A stretch of 64,000 bases of DNA from Cyanobacteriota bacterium (GTDB lineage Bacteria; Cyanobacteriota; Cyanobacteriia; Thermostichales; Thermostichaceae): contig JANRIL010000046.1 of the NCBI GenBank assembly GCA_033764955.1, forward strand, positions 1-64,000. Reading direction: 5' to 3'. The notes below the pieces were generated by a model. The model saw only the letters and a program-made list of their open reading frames with translations. It ran no database searches and was not told where the DNA came from. This document shows positions 40,073 to 50,280 of the stretch, in pieces (position 1 is the stretch's first letter; each line of letters begins with the position of its first letter). A program made the position numbers and the translations under genes.

Positions 40073-40285
40073 TGGATCCCTGCCCAGATTCCTGGCGTTG
40101 TTTCCGTGAGTTTGACTACTGAGAGCCACTAGTCAGGATCTTCTCGTGCCCGCTGAGAATTTTGCCTACCACAAGACAGAACCTGGAAAAAGAATGCAGC
40201 AGAAGATCCACGTCTAGACTCCGAAGAGGTTAGCGTTGGATGAATGGGAGTGAGTTGACGATTGGGTCAATGGGTAAGTCCTAAC

Positions 40286-40657
40286 CTATTCTTCCCGCCT
40301 CATTAATTTCTTATAAAAAGACGTATTAAAGTCAGGAGGTAGTTCTCGCTGTACTAAGCTAACCACCTCAATCAAATACTCAACAAAGTCATAGTTAGAA
40401 ATCGACAGTTCGTAGGTTAATTCAGGATTTTGTTCGAATTGAACTTGACAAGCGGTGAGATCTGAGGGGAGGGGAGAACGAAACCAACTAGCTAAGAAGG
40501 AAACGGGCGCATCTCCTTCAATTATACGCTGTCCTTCAAAGCTGCCTCGTTTATACAGCCCCACCGCTAGGGGTAAAAAAGGCCGGCGAGCCACCGGATA
40601 ATAGGGCTGATAGACGGAGACTTCTCCAGGAGAGGCAGGTTCCAGGGTCAGGGCCAT
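40286..40657 (-). CDS. ebsA: Type IV pilus/secretion-associated protein EbsA
   Basis: EVSVYQPYY, LYKRGSFEGQRIIEG, DFNTSFYKKL. Confidence 0.8.
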   Translation of the reverse strand: MALTLEPASPGEVSVYQPYYPVARRPFLPLAVGLYKRGSFEGQRIIEGDAPVSFLASWFRSPLPSDLTACQVQFEQNPELTYELSISNYDFVEYLIEVVSLVQRELPPDFNTSFYKKLMRREE

Positions 40658-40791
40658 ACAGAAATCTCAGGTGGATGACTACCCTTTAGTTCTATCCTGC
40701 TTCCTATCAAGATTGCTACTCCTCTCCTGGGCTGATATCGGATTCTCTCCAGAGCATTCCTTAAGATCTGGGTTAGCCAGCCACCAGAAAA

Positions 40792-41382
40792 TCAGTCCAG
40801 TGATTCTAGAGGCTGCAAAGCCAAAGCCACTTCCATCTGATTCAACTCATCACGATGTGCAGATATGCTTAGCTGTACCCTTGGTTGAGTCAATGGCGTT
40901 GATGCCTCTGTCAACCGTAGCCGCACCTGCTCCACCCGCTGACTGCGCCGAACATAATACCATCCCGCCAACGGAGAGGCGGCGGTCGCTAGCCAAGGCC
41001 AACCCTGCGAATCGGGATGGATGGTTACTACCACCAAACTTAAACAAACCAAACCTGCTAGGGCTAGCCCACTCAAAAACAGAGCCAAAAACGGGCTAGC
41101 CGTAGCTTGACCACCAAAGGTTGCTATCCCCCGCTCATCGGATCCCAGCAGGCGATAGGCACGTTCCTGTAAATAGGTACGCAGTTGCTGTCCTGCCTCC
41201 TCTAGGGAGGATGGGATCCCGTAGAGGCGAGTTTCCGTACGGTCTTTGGCAGAAGCTCGCAAAAAGAAAAATAACCCCACTCCCAAAAGGATGGTCATGA
41301 TTAGGGTCGAATTAACTACCCAGAGACTCGGAGACGTCACTTCCGCACTGGCCATCAAAATATTTCTGTCTATCTCTTTCAT
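40792..41382 (-). CDS. ccb1: Cofactor assembly of cytochrome b6f, CCB1 (DUF3529)
   Basis: STL..T.LL..GLFFFLRASAKDRT, AHRDEL. Confidence 0.85.
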   Translation of the reverse strand: MKEIDRNILMASAEVTSPSLWVVNSTLIMTILLGVGLFFFLRASAKDRTETRLYGIPSSLEEAGQQLRTYLQERAYRLLGSDERGIATFGGQATASPFLALFLSGLALAGLVCLSLVVVTIHPDSQGWPWLATAASPLAGWYYVRRSQRVEQVRLRLTEASTPLTQPRVQLSISAHRDELNQMEVALALQPLESLD

Positions 41383-41841
41383 CTGTTTTGATACATAATG
41401 TAGTCGATTTTACTGTTTTTTCAAGTCTTGCCAGCCGGAATGGATGAATTGGTTAAGAATTTCCTTATATTTGGAACGGGTCAGCTAGCCTCAAAAAATG
41501 AGAGCAAGATTAATTATGGATTCTCCCCTCTGGCTGTTGTTTCTAGCAGTAGCATTGGCGTTATCGATGGTTGGGCTTTACGCAAAATCTCATGCGTAGG
41601 GATTGAAATTCGTGACTATAATTAAGTTATGCTAACAAACTAACGTTTTGCTGGGTCACTTTCTTTGCGGTTTCATGCGCTTTGCATGGGGTGATCGCCC
41701 CACCCATCGATCACCATTTTCAACGGGCAAGACCTGTCCTGTCAGACGTTAGTCTAAGATACCAAAGTTTTTGGGAACACTAGCTTTGGTGAGCTATCTC
41801 CGTTTTAAGCTGTTCCTTAATGCTAGGCAGCACCTACCGAT

Positions 41842-42948
41842 ATGACTGATACCCCTTACATGTCTACTTACGAGCCTGATGTTACCGATGTCCTGGCTAT
41901 GGGTGAGCCGGATCCCATTGGCTTAGAGCTGGATCCTGCCGATGCTGAGTTTGTGGAGGGAGATACCACTCGCCGCTCTACCGATTTGGTGCGCCTTTAC
42001 TTGCAAGAAATTGGGCGCGTGCCATTGCTGGGGCGTGACGAGGAAGTTGCCCTGGCGCAAAAGGTGCAGGACTATATGAAGTTGTTAGAGGTTCGCTACC
42101 GTTTGCAGGAAGAGTTGGGTCGGGATCCGAGCATGGCGGAGTGGGTAGCTAAAGCTAACCTACTGCCCGAATGGTCGAGCCTAGTGCCCGAAAAGTTGCA
42201 GTTGGTGCAACGGATTGGCAATCGCTCCAAGGAGCACATGATCAAGGCCAACCTGCGCTTGGTGGTTTCTGTAGCCAAGAAATATCAAAATCGTGGTCTA
42301 GAGCTGCTGGATTTGATCCAGGAAGGAACCCTAGGGTTGGAGCGAGCCGTAGAAAAATTTGATCCCAAGAAGGGCTATCGCTTTAGCACCTATGCCTATT
42401 GGTGGATTCGCCAAGGTATTACACGGGCGATTGCCACCCAAAGCCGCACCATCCGCCTACCTGTTCACATCACAGAAAAACTGAACAAAATCAAAAAAGC
42501 GCAGCGCAAAATCTCCCAGGAAAAGGGGCGTACCCCGACGATTGAGGATATTGCGGCTGAGCTAGAGATGACGCCGCCGCAGGTGCGGGAGTTGTTGGTA
42601 CGGGTGCCCCGTTCGGTTTCTCTAGAAACCAAGGTGGGCAAAGACAAAGATACGGAGTTAGGCGATCTCCTGGAAACCGACGATATCTCACCGGAAGAAA
42701 CTATGATGCGGGAGGCTCTGCATCGGGATCTGCAACAGTTGCTTGCGGATCTCACCTCGCGGGAACGGGATGTGATTCGGATGCGCTTTGGGTTGGGGGA
42801 TGGCCGCACCTACTCCCTCGCCGAAATTGGTCGAGCCTTAGATCTCTCGCGGGAACGGGTTCGCCAAATTGAGGCCAAAGCTTTGCAAAAATTACGTCAG
42901 CCAAAACGGCGCAATCGTGTGCGTGACTATTTGGAAGCGATGGGTTAA
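41842..42948 (+). CDS. sigC: Group 2 sigma factor SigC
   Basis: TDLVRLYLQEIGRVPLLGRDEEV, RVPRSVSLETKVGKDKDTELG. Confidence 0.88.
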   Translation: MTDTPYMSTYEPDVTDVLAMGEPDPIGLELDPADAEFVEGDTTRRSTDLVRLYLQEIGRVPLLGRDEEVALAQKVQDYMKLLEVRYRLQEELGRDPSMAEWVAKANLLPEWSSLVPEKLQLVQRIGNRSKEHMIKANLRLVVSVAKKYQNRGLELLDLIQEGTLGLERAVEKFDPKKGYRFSTYAYWWIRQGITRAIATQSRTIRLPVHITEKLNKIKKAQRKISQEKGRTPTIEDIAAELEMTPPQVRELLVRVPRSVSLETKVGKDKDTELGDLLETDDISPEETMMREALHRDLQQLLADLTSRERDVIRMRFGLGDGRTYSLAEIGRALDLSRERVRQIEAKALQKLRQPKRRNRVRDYLEAMG

Positions 42949-42989
42949 TCGGGAGCGGTGTTCGCTTCTTTCTTCTAAACTGGCAGTGG

Positions 42990-43015
42990 GTCGCTTGGCA
43001 ACAGGCGACTTTTTT
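42990..43015 (+). terminator. Intrinsic terminator after sigC
   Basis: GTCGCTTG-GCAA-CAGGCGAC followed by T6. Confidence 0.75.
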
Positions 43016-43103
43016 CACTAGGATTCGTCTCTGGGGTGAGCTTATGAAAGGAATCAGAATAGGGATCCCTTGATCTCTCGACAATGGCTCTCTGACAAGG
43101 GGA

Positions 43104-44162
43104 TCATTTGTTTTTTTCCAATTTGGGGCTGGAATATTCCTGTTGCAGACGGCGCAGTTTTCGTAGGGCACGCCGTTCGATCTGTCTGACCCGTTCGCGG
43201 GAAAGACCAATATGTTCGCCAATCTCCCGCAGAGTCAACCCAGAAGAGCCATCTAAGCCATAACGGGCAATAATCACCTGTTGCTCCCGTTCACTGAGTT
43301 GTTGCACCAGAGTACGTACTTCCTCGCAATGGGCAATTCGATTGAGATGCTCTACCGGATCGTTATCTTCATCCTGAATGAAGTGCTGTAATTCGGTGCC
43401 ATCTTCGTCCCCCACTCCCATGTTGAGGGAGCGCATATCCGACATGTGACGGGTAATCAGATCGCGGTAATTATCGCCAATTTCAAGGGACTCGAAGACC
43501 TCCGCTGCCTGAGGACGGGATCCCTTTTCGGCAGAAATCTCACGGTAGCGGCGTTTGACCTGAGAAACCTTTTCATACATGTGGGCAGGCAGGCGAATCA
43601 TGCGACCTTTATTTTGGATGCCACGATTGACGCTTTGCCGGATCCACCAGGTGGCATAGGTAGAAAACTTGTAGCCCCGCGTCGGATCAAATTTCTCGAC
43701 CGCACGGGTTAGCCCAATTGTGCCCTCCTGAATCAGGTCGAGGAACGGCAACCCACGATTGCGGTAACGCTTGGCGATAGAGACGACCAACCGCAGGTTA
43801 CATTCCACCATCCGCCTTTTGGCCGCTTCACCCGATTGCAGAGCAGCTTGGAGTTCGGTGACAGATAAACGGAGTCGTTCCGCCCATTCCCCCAAGGAGT
43901 CTCGCTTTTTGCGTTGCTCCTGCATGGCCATCATTTGCTGCACCTGATGAGCTAGCCGCAGTTCCTCCTCTGGACTGAGCAATGAATAACGCCCGATTGC
44001 CTTGAGAAAGCGACCAACCGCATCTTGCGGATCAAGCTTGTCAGACATAAGGGATCTCCAGGCAGAATCAAGCGCGTTTGTTAGCACTTTATTCATACCA
44101 ATACCCATAGCTTTTCGTAAAGGCTTATTCCAAAAAAAATCTTTATTCGGATTTACCCGCAA
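43104..44162 (-). CDS. Divergent sigma70-family (group 2-like) sigma factor; start possibly 44048
   Basis: [38 protein letters not shown]. Confidence 0.92.
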   Translation of the reverse strand: MRVNPNKDFFWNKPLRKAMGIGMNKVLTNALDSAWRSLMSDKLDPQDAVGRFLKAIGRYSLLSPEEELRLAHQVQQMMAMQEQRKKRDSLGEWAERLRLSVTELQAALQSGEAAKRRMVECNLRLVVSIAKRYRNRGLPFLDLIQEGTIGLTRAVEKFDPTRGYKFSTYATWWIRQSVNRGIQNKGRMIRLPAHMYEKVSQVKRRYREISAEKGSRPQAAEVFESLEIGDNYRDLITRHMSDMRSLNMGVGDEDGTELQHFIQDEDNDPVEHLNRIAHCEEVRTLVQQLSEREQQVIIARYGLDGSSGLTLREIGEHIGLSRERVRQIERRALRKLRRLQQEYSSPKLEKNK

Positions 44163-44761
44163 CCAAAGAGTGAGTTGAGGAGCCTGTTACCTGTAGTGTG
44201 TTTTTGGTAAAAAACTTCTAAACCACACTACCTGTAACATTCTGTAAGATCGCTTCGGATAGATCGTCCGGATATAAACCTAAGATTTTGATCTATCTTT
44301 TATTTGAGATTATATCAAATATTTCATATTTTATATTCTAAAAAAATTAAATTATAATATCCATTTCTTTCTTTATGTATTAGTAATTGGATTAAAAATT
44401 CAATTTTTTATGGCTTGGTGTTTATATCTTATAAAAAATATGATGGCAGATTTTATGACAAGATTTTGTGGATCAGGATCACTGTTTTCTAATTCTTGAA
44501 TATAAGTCAAATCCTTTCTGGGAAGGCATTTGAAGCTAAGAAGGTGAGTTTTCCCCTGGATCTAGTCCATGAGAAGACGGGTTACATAGCTAATTAACAA
44601 AACTCATTTAGAAAAACTAGGAATCCCTATCCCTCCTGCCTTGGTGCAAGCTAGCTTCTCTTAACAGTTACCCGCTAAGTGTAGTGGATGTCAAGAAAAT
44701 AGCGCGCTACTAATAGCGTGAGATTCGGTATGGCCTGGGTGATTAGGGATCCCTTGCTTCC

Positions 44762-46492
44762 CTAGCTAGGGTGTTTCCAGTCTGGGGGGAGAAAGCGAAA
44801 GGTGGGCGCGGCTGTTTGGCGCGAGGCTGGGGTGGAAATGGGTAAGGGCTGGGGGGTGAGCTTGAGGAGAGGGGTTGGGGCGGGGGTTGGAGGAGGAGTT
44901 AGCGTAGGTTCCACAAGGATGGGATCCACACTAGCCTGGGGGGTGGAGAATGGGCTGGGGGTTGTTGTGGGTTGAGGAGTAGCGGAAGGTCTGAGCTTAG
45001 GGGTAGCGGTAGGCTTAGGTTTCGGGGTGGCTTTGGGTTTGGGGGTAGAAGTCGCTTGGGGCTTGGGTTTGGGGGTGAGCTTGGGTTTGGGGGTGAGGGT
45101 TGGTTGGGGAGTAGCCGCCGGAATCGACTCCTCAGGAGCAGGAGCAATCTCTGGAATCGGCGTCGGGGATCCCTCTGGAGGACTGGCGGGAGTTGGGGTG
45201 GGTGTGGGGGTTCTGGTGGCTTTGGGAGTGGGCTTGGGCTTAGGCGTCGGTTTTGGCTTAGGCGTCCGCGTCGGTTTTGGGGTAGGAGTCGGGGTGGCAA
45301 CAGGCTGGACGGTTGCCGGCGGGGTGATCACTGGAGTGTCGGGGGCAGGTTCGACTGGGGGTGGCAGAATGGGCAGGGGTTCTAGGGAAGGAATAACACT
45401 AGGGGTAGGAGAGGTTTGAGAGGTTGGGCTGGGAGTCAGGATCGGGCTAGGCGTCGGTTCAGGACTTGGAATAATGCTGGGAGTAGGGCTGGGTTCAAAG
45501 CTAGGGCTAGGCGTGGGTTCTGGGCTGGGGGTAGTGTTCGGCGTAGCAACGGAAGTCGGGGTCGGCAACAGGTCGGGGGGAATGGTAGGTTCAGGGGCGG
45601 GACGGGGGGTGATCAGATTGAGAGCCGCTTCTGCTTTTAACTCTCCCCGCACCAGGCGAGAGAGGGTATCTTGCCCGCCAGGGGTATAGGTGATCTCCCG
45701 CACGGCGCTATTGAAGACATTGCGGATGGGATCCCCCTGTCCATTCACCAGTTCCACGACAAGAATGTTGCGTCCTGGGCGAAATCCCTTCAGATAAACA
45801 GCTTGCCATTCATCCAATAAGCCGCTCTCGCCATTCAGGGTATAGCGCACTCGCCAATCCTTGGGTAGTTCTGGCAAAAGGGTTTCGCGGATGGGAGCGT
45901 TGGCTAACCAAAAATCCATCAAAATCGGCTCTGCTCCATAGCTACCCACGGGGCGGTTGTAGGTGAGCAGTGGCAAGTCCGGTTGCGGGATATATTCGGG
46001 GGTTTTGGCAAAGACATGGAAGCTGACTTGGGCATAGGCTTCTGAGTTTTTGAAACTTTCGTGCCAGGGGCGACCCGCAAACACCCGCAGCGTATGGGAT
46101 CCCGCTGTGAGATCCTTGAGAAGAAGGGGGGCATCCGCTTGATAGTGGGCGATGTAGGGTTGATTATCCAGGACGACATGGAGGTGGGGACCTAAGCCCA
46201 GTTCGGGATCTTTGAAGAGGGGATAGCCCTCCACCTGAAAACGCACCTCCACCTCTTTGCTCATCACTAGTTGATCCGGCTGGGGGCTGAGGATACGGAC
46301 GTGGGGATGGCTTTGCTCGGTCAACAGGCCATCCAGTTTGGCAATTTCGGTCGGAACCTCGACCCGTTGCAGGGAGGAGGGGGCTGGCGGTGGAGCCTGA
46401 ACCTGGGATCCCCCACAGGCAGTTTGCATGACCAGTAAGAGGCCACTCAGGAGGAGCAGCGCCTTTCGTTTCATTTGTGCCAGTTGCAGCAT
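44762..46492 (-). CDS. Lipoprotein with long Pro/Thr/Lys-rich C-terminal tail
   Basis: TACG lipobox; GLGPHLHVVLDN and RPWHESFKN globular domain. Confidence 0.8.
   Translation of the reverse strand: MLQLAQMKRKALLLLSGLLLVMQTACGGSQVQAPPPAPSSLQRVEVPTEIAKLDGLLTEQSHPHVRILSPQPDQLVMSKEVEVRFQVEGYPLFKDPELGLGPHLHVVLDNQPYIAHYQADAPLLLKDLTAGSHTLRVFAGRPWHESFKNSEAYAQVSFHVFAKTPEYIPQPDLPLLTYNRPVGSYGAEPILMDFWLANAPIRETLLPELPKDWRVRYTLNGESGLLDEWQAVYLKGFRPGRNILVVELVNGQGDPIRNVFNSAVREITYTPGGQDTLSRLVRGELKAEAALNLITPRPAPEPTIPPDLLPTPTSVATPNTTPSPEPTPSPSFEPSPTPSIIPSPEPTPSPILTPSPTSQTSPTPSVIPSLEPLPILPPPVEPAPDTPVITPPATVQPVATPTPTPKPTRTPKPKPTPKPKPTPKATRTPTPTPTPASPPEGSPTPIPEIAPAPEESIPAATPQPTLTPKPKLTPKPKPQATSTPKPKATPKPKPTATPKLRPSATPQPTTTPSPFSTPQASVDPILVEPTLTPPPTPAPTPLLKLTPQPLPISTPASRQTAAPTFRFLPPDWKHPS
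44830..45600 (-). repeat. Coding low-complexity repeats (PSPEPT, TPKPKP)
   Basis: Imperfect tandem peptide repeats visible in the translation. Confidence 0.8.
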
Positions 46493-46601
46493 GATCCCTC
46501 ACAGCCTGACGATCGTTTCACCGATCTATTTGTAGCGGGTTATGGCTCTCACTTGGTGATTTCTTGTTCAGAATTGACAATCAAAGGGGAGCGGGATCCT
46601 T

Positions 46602-47756
46602 TTATTCTCCGATGGGCAGAGGCCGCCGCAACTGGCAGAAGGCTAGTCCACCGCAGCAAATGCCCAGCAGTCCCCCGGCCATGAATAACTGTGGGAGAGT
46701 CATCAGTCCCAACAGGGATCCCATCCCTGCCCCTCCTAGGGTCATGCCGGAGTCAAAGCCCATCAAAAATAAACTCAGCACCCGCCCCCGCCGCTCGGCA
46801 GGAACCGCCAGAGAAACAATAGCCGACAAAACTGGAAAGAGAGCGCCAAACCCCAAACTATACAGAACCGCCCACAGCCAGGTTAAGTCTGTCGATAGGG
46901 TTAATCCGATCATCGTCACCCCCGAACACACGAGTCCTGCCGCCACCGTCCAGTGGTGGGATATCTGATCTCCCCACTTGCCTAAGGCAAAGCGCACAAA
47001 AACTGCTCCCAGCGCGTAGAGACTATAAAAATTGGCGGCTTCGGTCATGACCAGAGGGAGAAAAGTAGTCATACCGCCATGCAGCAGAGAACTGATAAAA
47101 AAGAAAAAGGTCGCCTCCCGCACCGGAAACTGGGTGAGGGCTAGCCAGGGGGATCCCACCTCCGTTGTGGATAGGATCGAGACCGTTGGTGGGGGTTTTT
47201 GCCAGGGCAGGGGCAGGCTGATCCCGACTCCTAGGACAAGCAAACCCAACAGACCCAGCAAAAATCCGTTCCATCCCCACTGTTGCCACAATTGGGATCC
47301 CAGCCAGGGACCGAGGGCGAACCCCAAGGTATTGGACATGGCCAAATAGCCCAACATAGCGGTGCGTTGAGGGGGAGGAACCAAATCCGCCAAGAGGGTG
47401 TGGGAGGCGGTGGCAAAACAGGCTTGGCTAAGTCCATGCAAAACCCGCACGGGCACTAATTCCCAGGGACTCGTCGCCAACCCATACAGAGGTTGAATCA
47501 GCAAGGCAATTCCCAGCCCAGCCCAGAGAACCGGTTTGCGTCCCCAGCGATCCAAGGCCATGCCAATCCAAGGGCGCATCAGCAAAATCCCTGCCGCCAT
47601 GGATCCCACCACCAGCCCTACCGCCGCCCCATCTGCCCAGCGCTGGGTGAGGTAAAGGGGCAAAACCGGAAAAAAAGCTGTGACATGGGCAAAGTAGAGG
47701 AACATGCCCCCACAGATACAAACCAACCGCCGTCGATACTGCCCCACCGCCCCCAT
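46602..47756 (-). CDS. MFS transporter
   Basis: DRWGRK motif A, about 12 TM segments. Confidence 0.88.
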   Translation of the reverse strand: MGAVGQYRRRLVCICGGMFLYFAHVTAFFPVLPLYLTQRWADGAAVGLVVGSMAAGILLMRPWIGMALDRWGRKPVLWAGLGIALLIQPLYGLATSPWELVPVRVLHGLSQACFATASHTLLADLVPPPQRTAMLGYLAMSNTLGFALGPWLGSQLWQQWGWNGFLLGLLGLLVLGVGISLPLPWQKPPPTVSILSTTEVGSPWLALTQFPVREATFFFFISSLLHGGMTTFLPLVMTEAANFYSLYALGAVFVRFALGKWGDQISHHWTVAAGLVCSGVTMIGLTLSTDLTWLWAVLYSLGFGALFPVLSAIVSLAVPAERRGRVLSLFLMGFDSGMTLGGAGMGSLLGLMTLPQLFMAGGLLGICCGGLAFCQLRRPLPIGE

Positions 47757-47885
47757 CTGGGGATCCCTTCCGCTATCTTTGTTCACCCTGTTTCCTGTGT
47801 GAGTTGCCCAGTCATTCTCTCGTCTCTCAGCCAATTTCCGGTCGGATCCGATATCGTGGGGTGGGTTGAGCTAGGAGCCTACCAC

Positions 47886-48713
47886 ATGAAAATTGCCGTC
47901 ATTTTAGGATCGAATAGCGATGTCCCGGCTGGGGCATGGACACGCCAAGAGATCCCAACGGACTATGGCCTGGTTCCCCTCTGGCAGAGCCCTTCCTCTG
48001 CCGATCCCCAGCATCCTCAATTGGCCTTGCTGCTGCGTCACGGTGAACAGCACGAATTGCTGCCGCATCTGGTGAATTTTCGGGGCAACTTCTGGGCGCT
48101 CAAACATTGGGGCTGTCAGGCTATTGTCAGTTTTAGCGTGATGGGGGTCTTACAAGCCGGGATCCCGTTGACTCGACCTATCCTATTTGATGACATTTTC
48201 TTTCCCAGCAACCAACTTCCCGATGGCTCCGCCTGCACCCTCTTTGATCAGCCTGCCCAAGCCGGGCGGGGTCATTTTTTGGTCGAACACCCCTGTTCCC
48301 CCACTCTGCGCGCCCATTTGCGGCGACTTTTGCCCCATCCTATCGAGGGCGGGATTTATGGGCATGTTTTTGGCCCACGCTTTTCCACCCGCTCTGAACT
48401 GACTTACCTGCAAAAGCTGGGGATCACCGCTATTAGCCAAACCTCTGGTCCAGAATTCGTCCTAGCCGGAGAATTAGGGATCCCCTACGCTTTAGTGGGA
48501 TTTGGTGTTGATTATGCTGATCCGGATCCCGGACGACGCAGCTCCCTAGCCGATCTCAATCAGAATCTCCGCCAATGGTCTCTCACCCTTCCCCAGATTG
48601 TACAAGCCCTGCTCACCTATGACTGGCCGGCTCCCCTGCCCTTTGATCAGGGATATTTTTATCACATTGAGCACGATTTACCAAGGCCAGCTTCCATAGC
48701 CCAAAACCCCTAA
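47886..48713 (+). CDS. MTAP/PNP-family nucleoside phosphorylase
   Basis: TDYG, RHG..H..LPHLVNFR, GPRFST, PEFVLAGE. Confidence 0.82.
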   Translation: MKIAVILGSNSDVPAGAWTRQEIPTDYGLVPLWQSPSSADPQHPQLALLLRHGEQHELLPHLVNFRGNFWALKHWGCQAIVSFSVMGVLQAGIPLTRPILFDDIFFPSNQLPDGSACTLFDQPAQAGRGHFLVEHPCSPTLRAHLRRLLPHPIEGGIYGHVFGPRFSTRSELTYLQKLGITAISQTSGPEFVLAGELGIPYALVGFGVDYADPDPGRRSSLADLNQNLRQWSLTLPQIVQALLTYDWPAPLPFDQGYFYHIEHDLPRPASIAQNP

Positions 48714-48719
48714 TCAAAG

Positions 48720-49106
48720 TCCTCTTTGATCTGGGTTTCCGGCTGCCTGTGGAGCAGGTGAGTGAGGTGTATGGCGAGTATATCGACACGACGGATCCGG
48801 GGGTGTCACTGCCGGACAATATCGCTGACCGAGCGCCAGGTGCAGGAGCAGGGGCTGGCGGTGGAGAGCCTCAAGTCGGGGGGGATTTTGCCCGCTACCA
48901 AGACCCAGGCTCAGGCAAGGAGACGCTGATCTGATTGGAGGCTGATCAGGGTTTTGACGGGATCCCTGGGCCTAGCAGGCCAAAGTAGCGCTCAGAGATG
49001 ATGCGGCAGATCTTGCGGCGATTGGATCCCGTGGAGGCGGCGTGGGTGCGACAGGAGATGGCGGCGATCGATTCAGAGAATTAGGGAGCGACGAGCACGG
49101 GAGGGG
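48720..49106 (+). pseudogene. Decayed Mu gpF-like (MuF) head morphogenesis fragment
   Basis: GCHCRTISLTERQV (from 48801) and ADQGFDGIPG (from 48941) resemble MuF CxC and DxGF..xPG motifs but lie in different frames with stops. Confidence 0.6.
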
Positions 49107-49523
49107 ATGCGGGTGGATCCAGACCAGGATTGGATCGAATTGGTGGAGCGAGAGCGCATCAACTTGGCGGATGTGGTGGCGTGGACACGAATGGCAGATG
49201 GATCGTTGGTGTGGCTAGAACGGGGGAATCAGGATGCTGGGTTGCGGCACATTATCAGCCGACATGAACGAGACTTTGCTGAATTTGGGATCCCGGCTGG
49301 AGAGTTGTCAGAGTTTTTGATAGAGATGGTGCGAAACGGTGAGCCGGTGATGATGCAGGGGACTCGGCAAGTTTATCGAGTTTTCTATCGTGGCCAAGAT
49401 TGGCATGTGGCCGTGACGGTCGGCGATAATGGGTTCATCGTGGGAGCCAATCCCGTAGGTCAACGCAAACTCAGACAGTTGTTGAGGAAGCAAAATGCCC
49501 CAACTCGTCCGACTACAAGCTGA
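49107..49523 (+). CDS. Putative polymorphic-toxin nuclease domain (former MuF C-terminus)
   Basis: VWLERG...AGLRHI..RH and VTVGDNGFIVGANP motifs; position just after the MuF remnant. Confidence 0.6.
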   Translation: MRVDPDQDWIELVERERINLADVVAWTRMADGSLVWLERGNQDAGLRHIISRHERDFAEFGIPAGELSEFLIEMVRNGEPVMMQGTRQVYRVFYRGQDWHVAVTVGDNGFIVGANPVGQRKLRQLLRKQNAPTRPTTS

Positions 49524-49821
49524 TTACTTTATTGAACCCATCTTTTTGGGTGCGGAAGATTTTGACGACACTGATTATGTTAACGCTTCTGATTTGCCCC
49601 TCAGCCCAGGGCTAACTGAGGCTATTGATGCTTGGCAGCAAGCCCTTGATATCACTTTTGATCATCAATTTGGCCGCAACAGCGGCTTCAAAACCGATGA
49701 GGAGCGGGTAGCTTTCCACACCCGTGGCCTGGATCTAGCTCGTCGCCTGCAATCAGAGCTGGGATCCGAGTACGAGGTCTACTACGAGCGAGAGCCGGTG
49801 TTTGCCCAGGCTAGCTCGTAA
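49495..49821 (+). CDS. Putative immunity protein
   Basis: Acidic 108-aa ORF overlapping the toxin end; ADY...PI, LPLS..L...W, G..LARRLQ.EL pattern. Confidence 0.6.
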   Translation: MPQLVRLQADYFIEPIFLGAEDFDDTDYVNASDLPLSPGLTEAIDAWQQALDITFDHQFGRNSGFKTDEERVAFHTRGLDLARRLQSELGSEYEVYYEREPVFAQASS

Positions 49822-50280
49822 ATGGTCACGCTCATCACCACTGTCACTGACACCCCCCTCCGCCAACTTTTTTGACCGGATCGACAATACCCTACGCAAC
49901 CCCCAGCCCCTCTATAAGGCCTGGGCTAACCACCTCGAATCCCGCGTCGTCACCGCCTTCAAACAAGAAACCTCTCCCGCAGGCCAAGCATGGCCGGAAC
50001 TCAAGCCTGTTACTATCCGCCGCAAAAGCCGTAACTCTCGCAGCATCAACAAAAAGCTGCGCGATACTGGCACTCTCTACGACTCGATAGTCGCTCGTGC
50101 CTTACCTGATGGCGCGGTAATCGGCACCAATCAGCGAGTGGGATCCTACAGCCTAGGAGCCATCCACCAATACGGCGCACCCAGACGGAGGATCCCACCA
50201 CGTCCGTTTCTGCCTGTGGACACTCAAAGCAACTTACTACCCAGGAGGTTGACGAGATAATCCGATTGACTTAGGAATAG
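49822..50280 (+). pseudogene. Mu gpG-like virion morphogenesis gene, frameshifted
   Basis: F....SPAG..WPELKP.T, LRDTGTL..SI, GTN, AIHQYG, IPPRPFL; ATG 49822 is out of frame by an extra T in a T6 run; tail also disrupted. Confidence 0.8.

Noticed and set aside
44899..45689. Gly/Val-rich and Arg-rich overlapping ORFs
   Set aside because: Antisense and alternate-frame shadows of the Pro/Thr-rich tail.
47493..47885. Long N-terminal extension of the phosphorylase ORF
   Set aside because: It overlaps the MFS gene on the opposite strand; family similarity and an AGGAG RBS point to ATG 47886.
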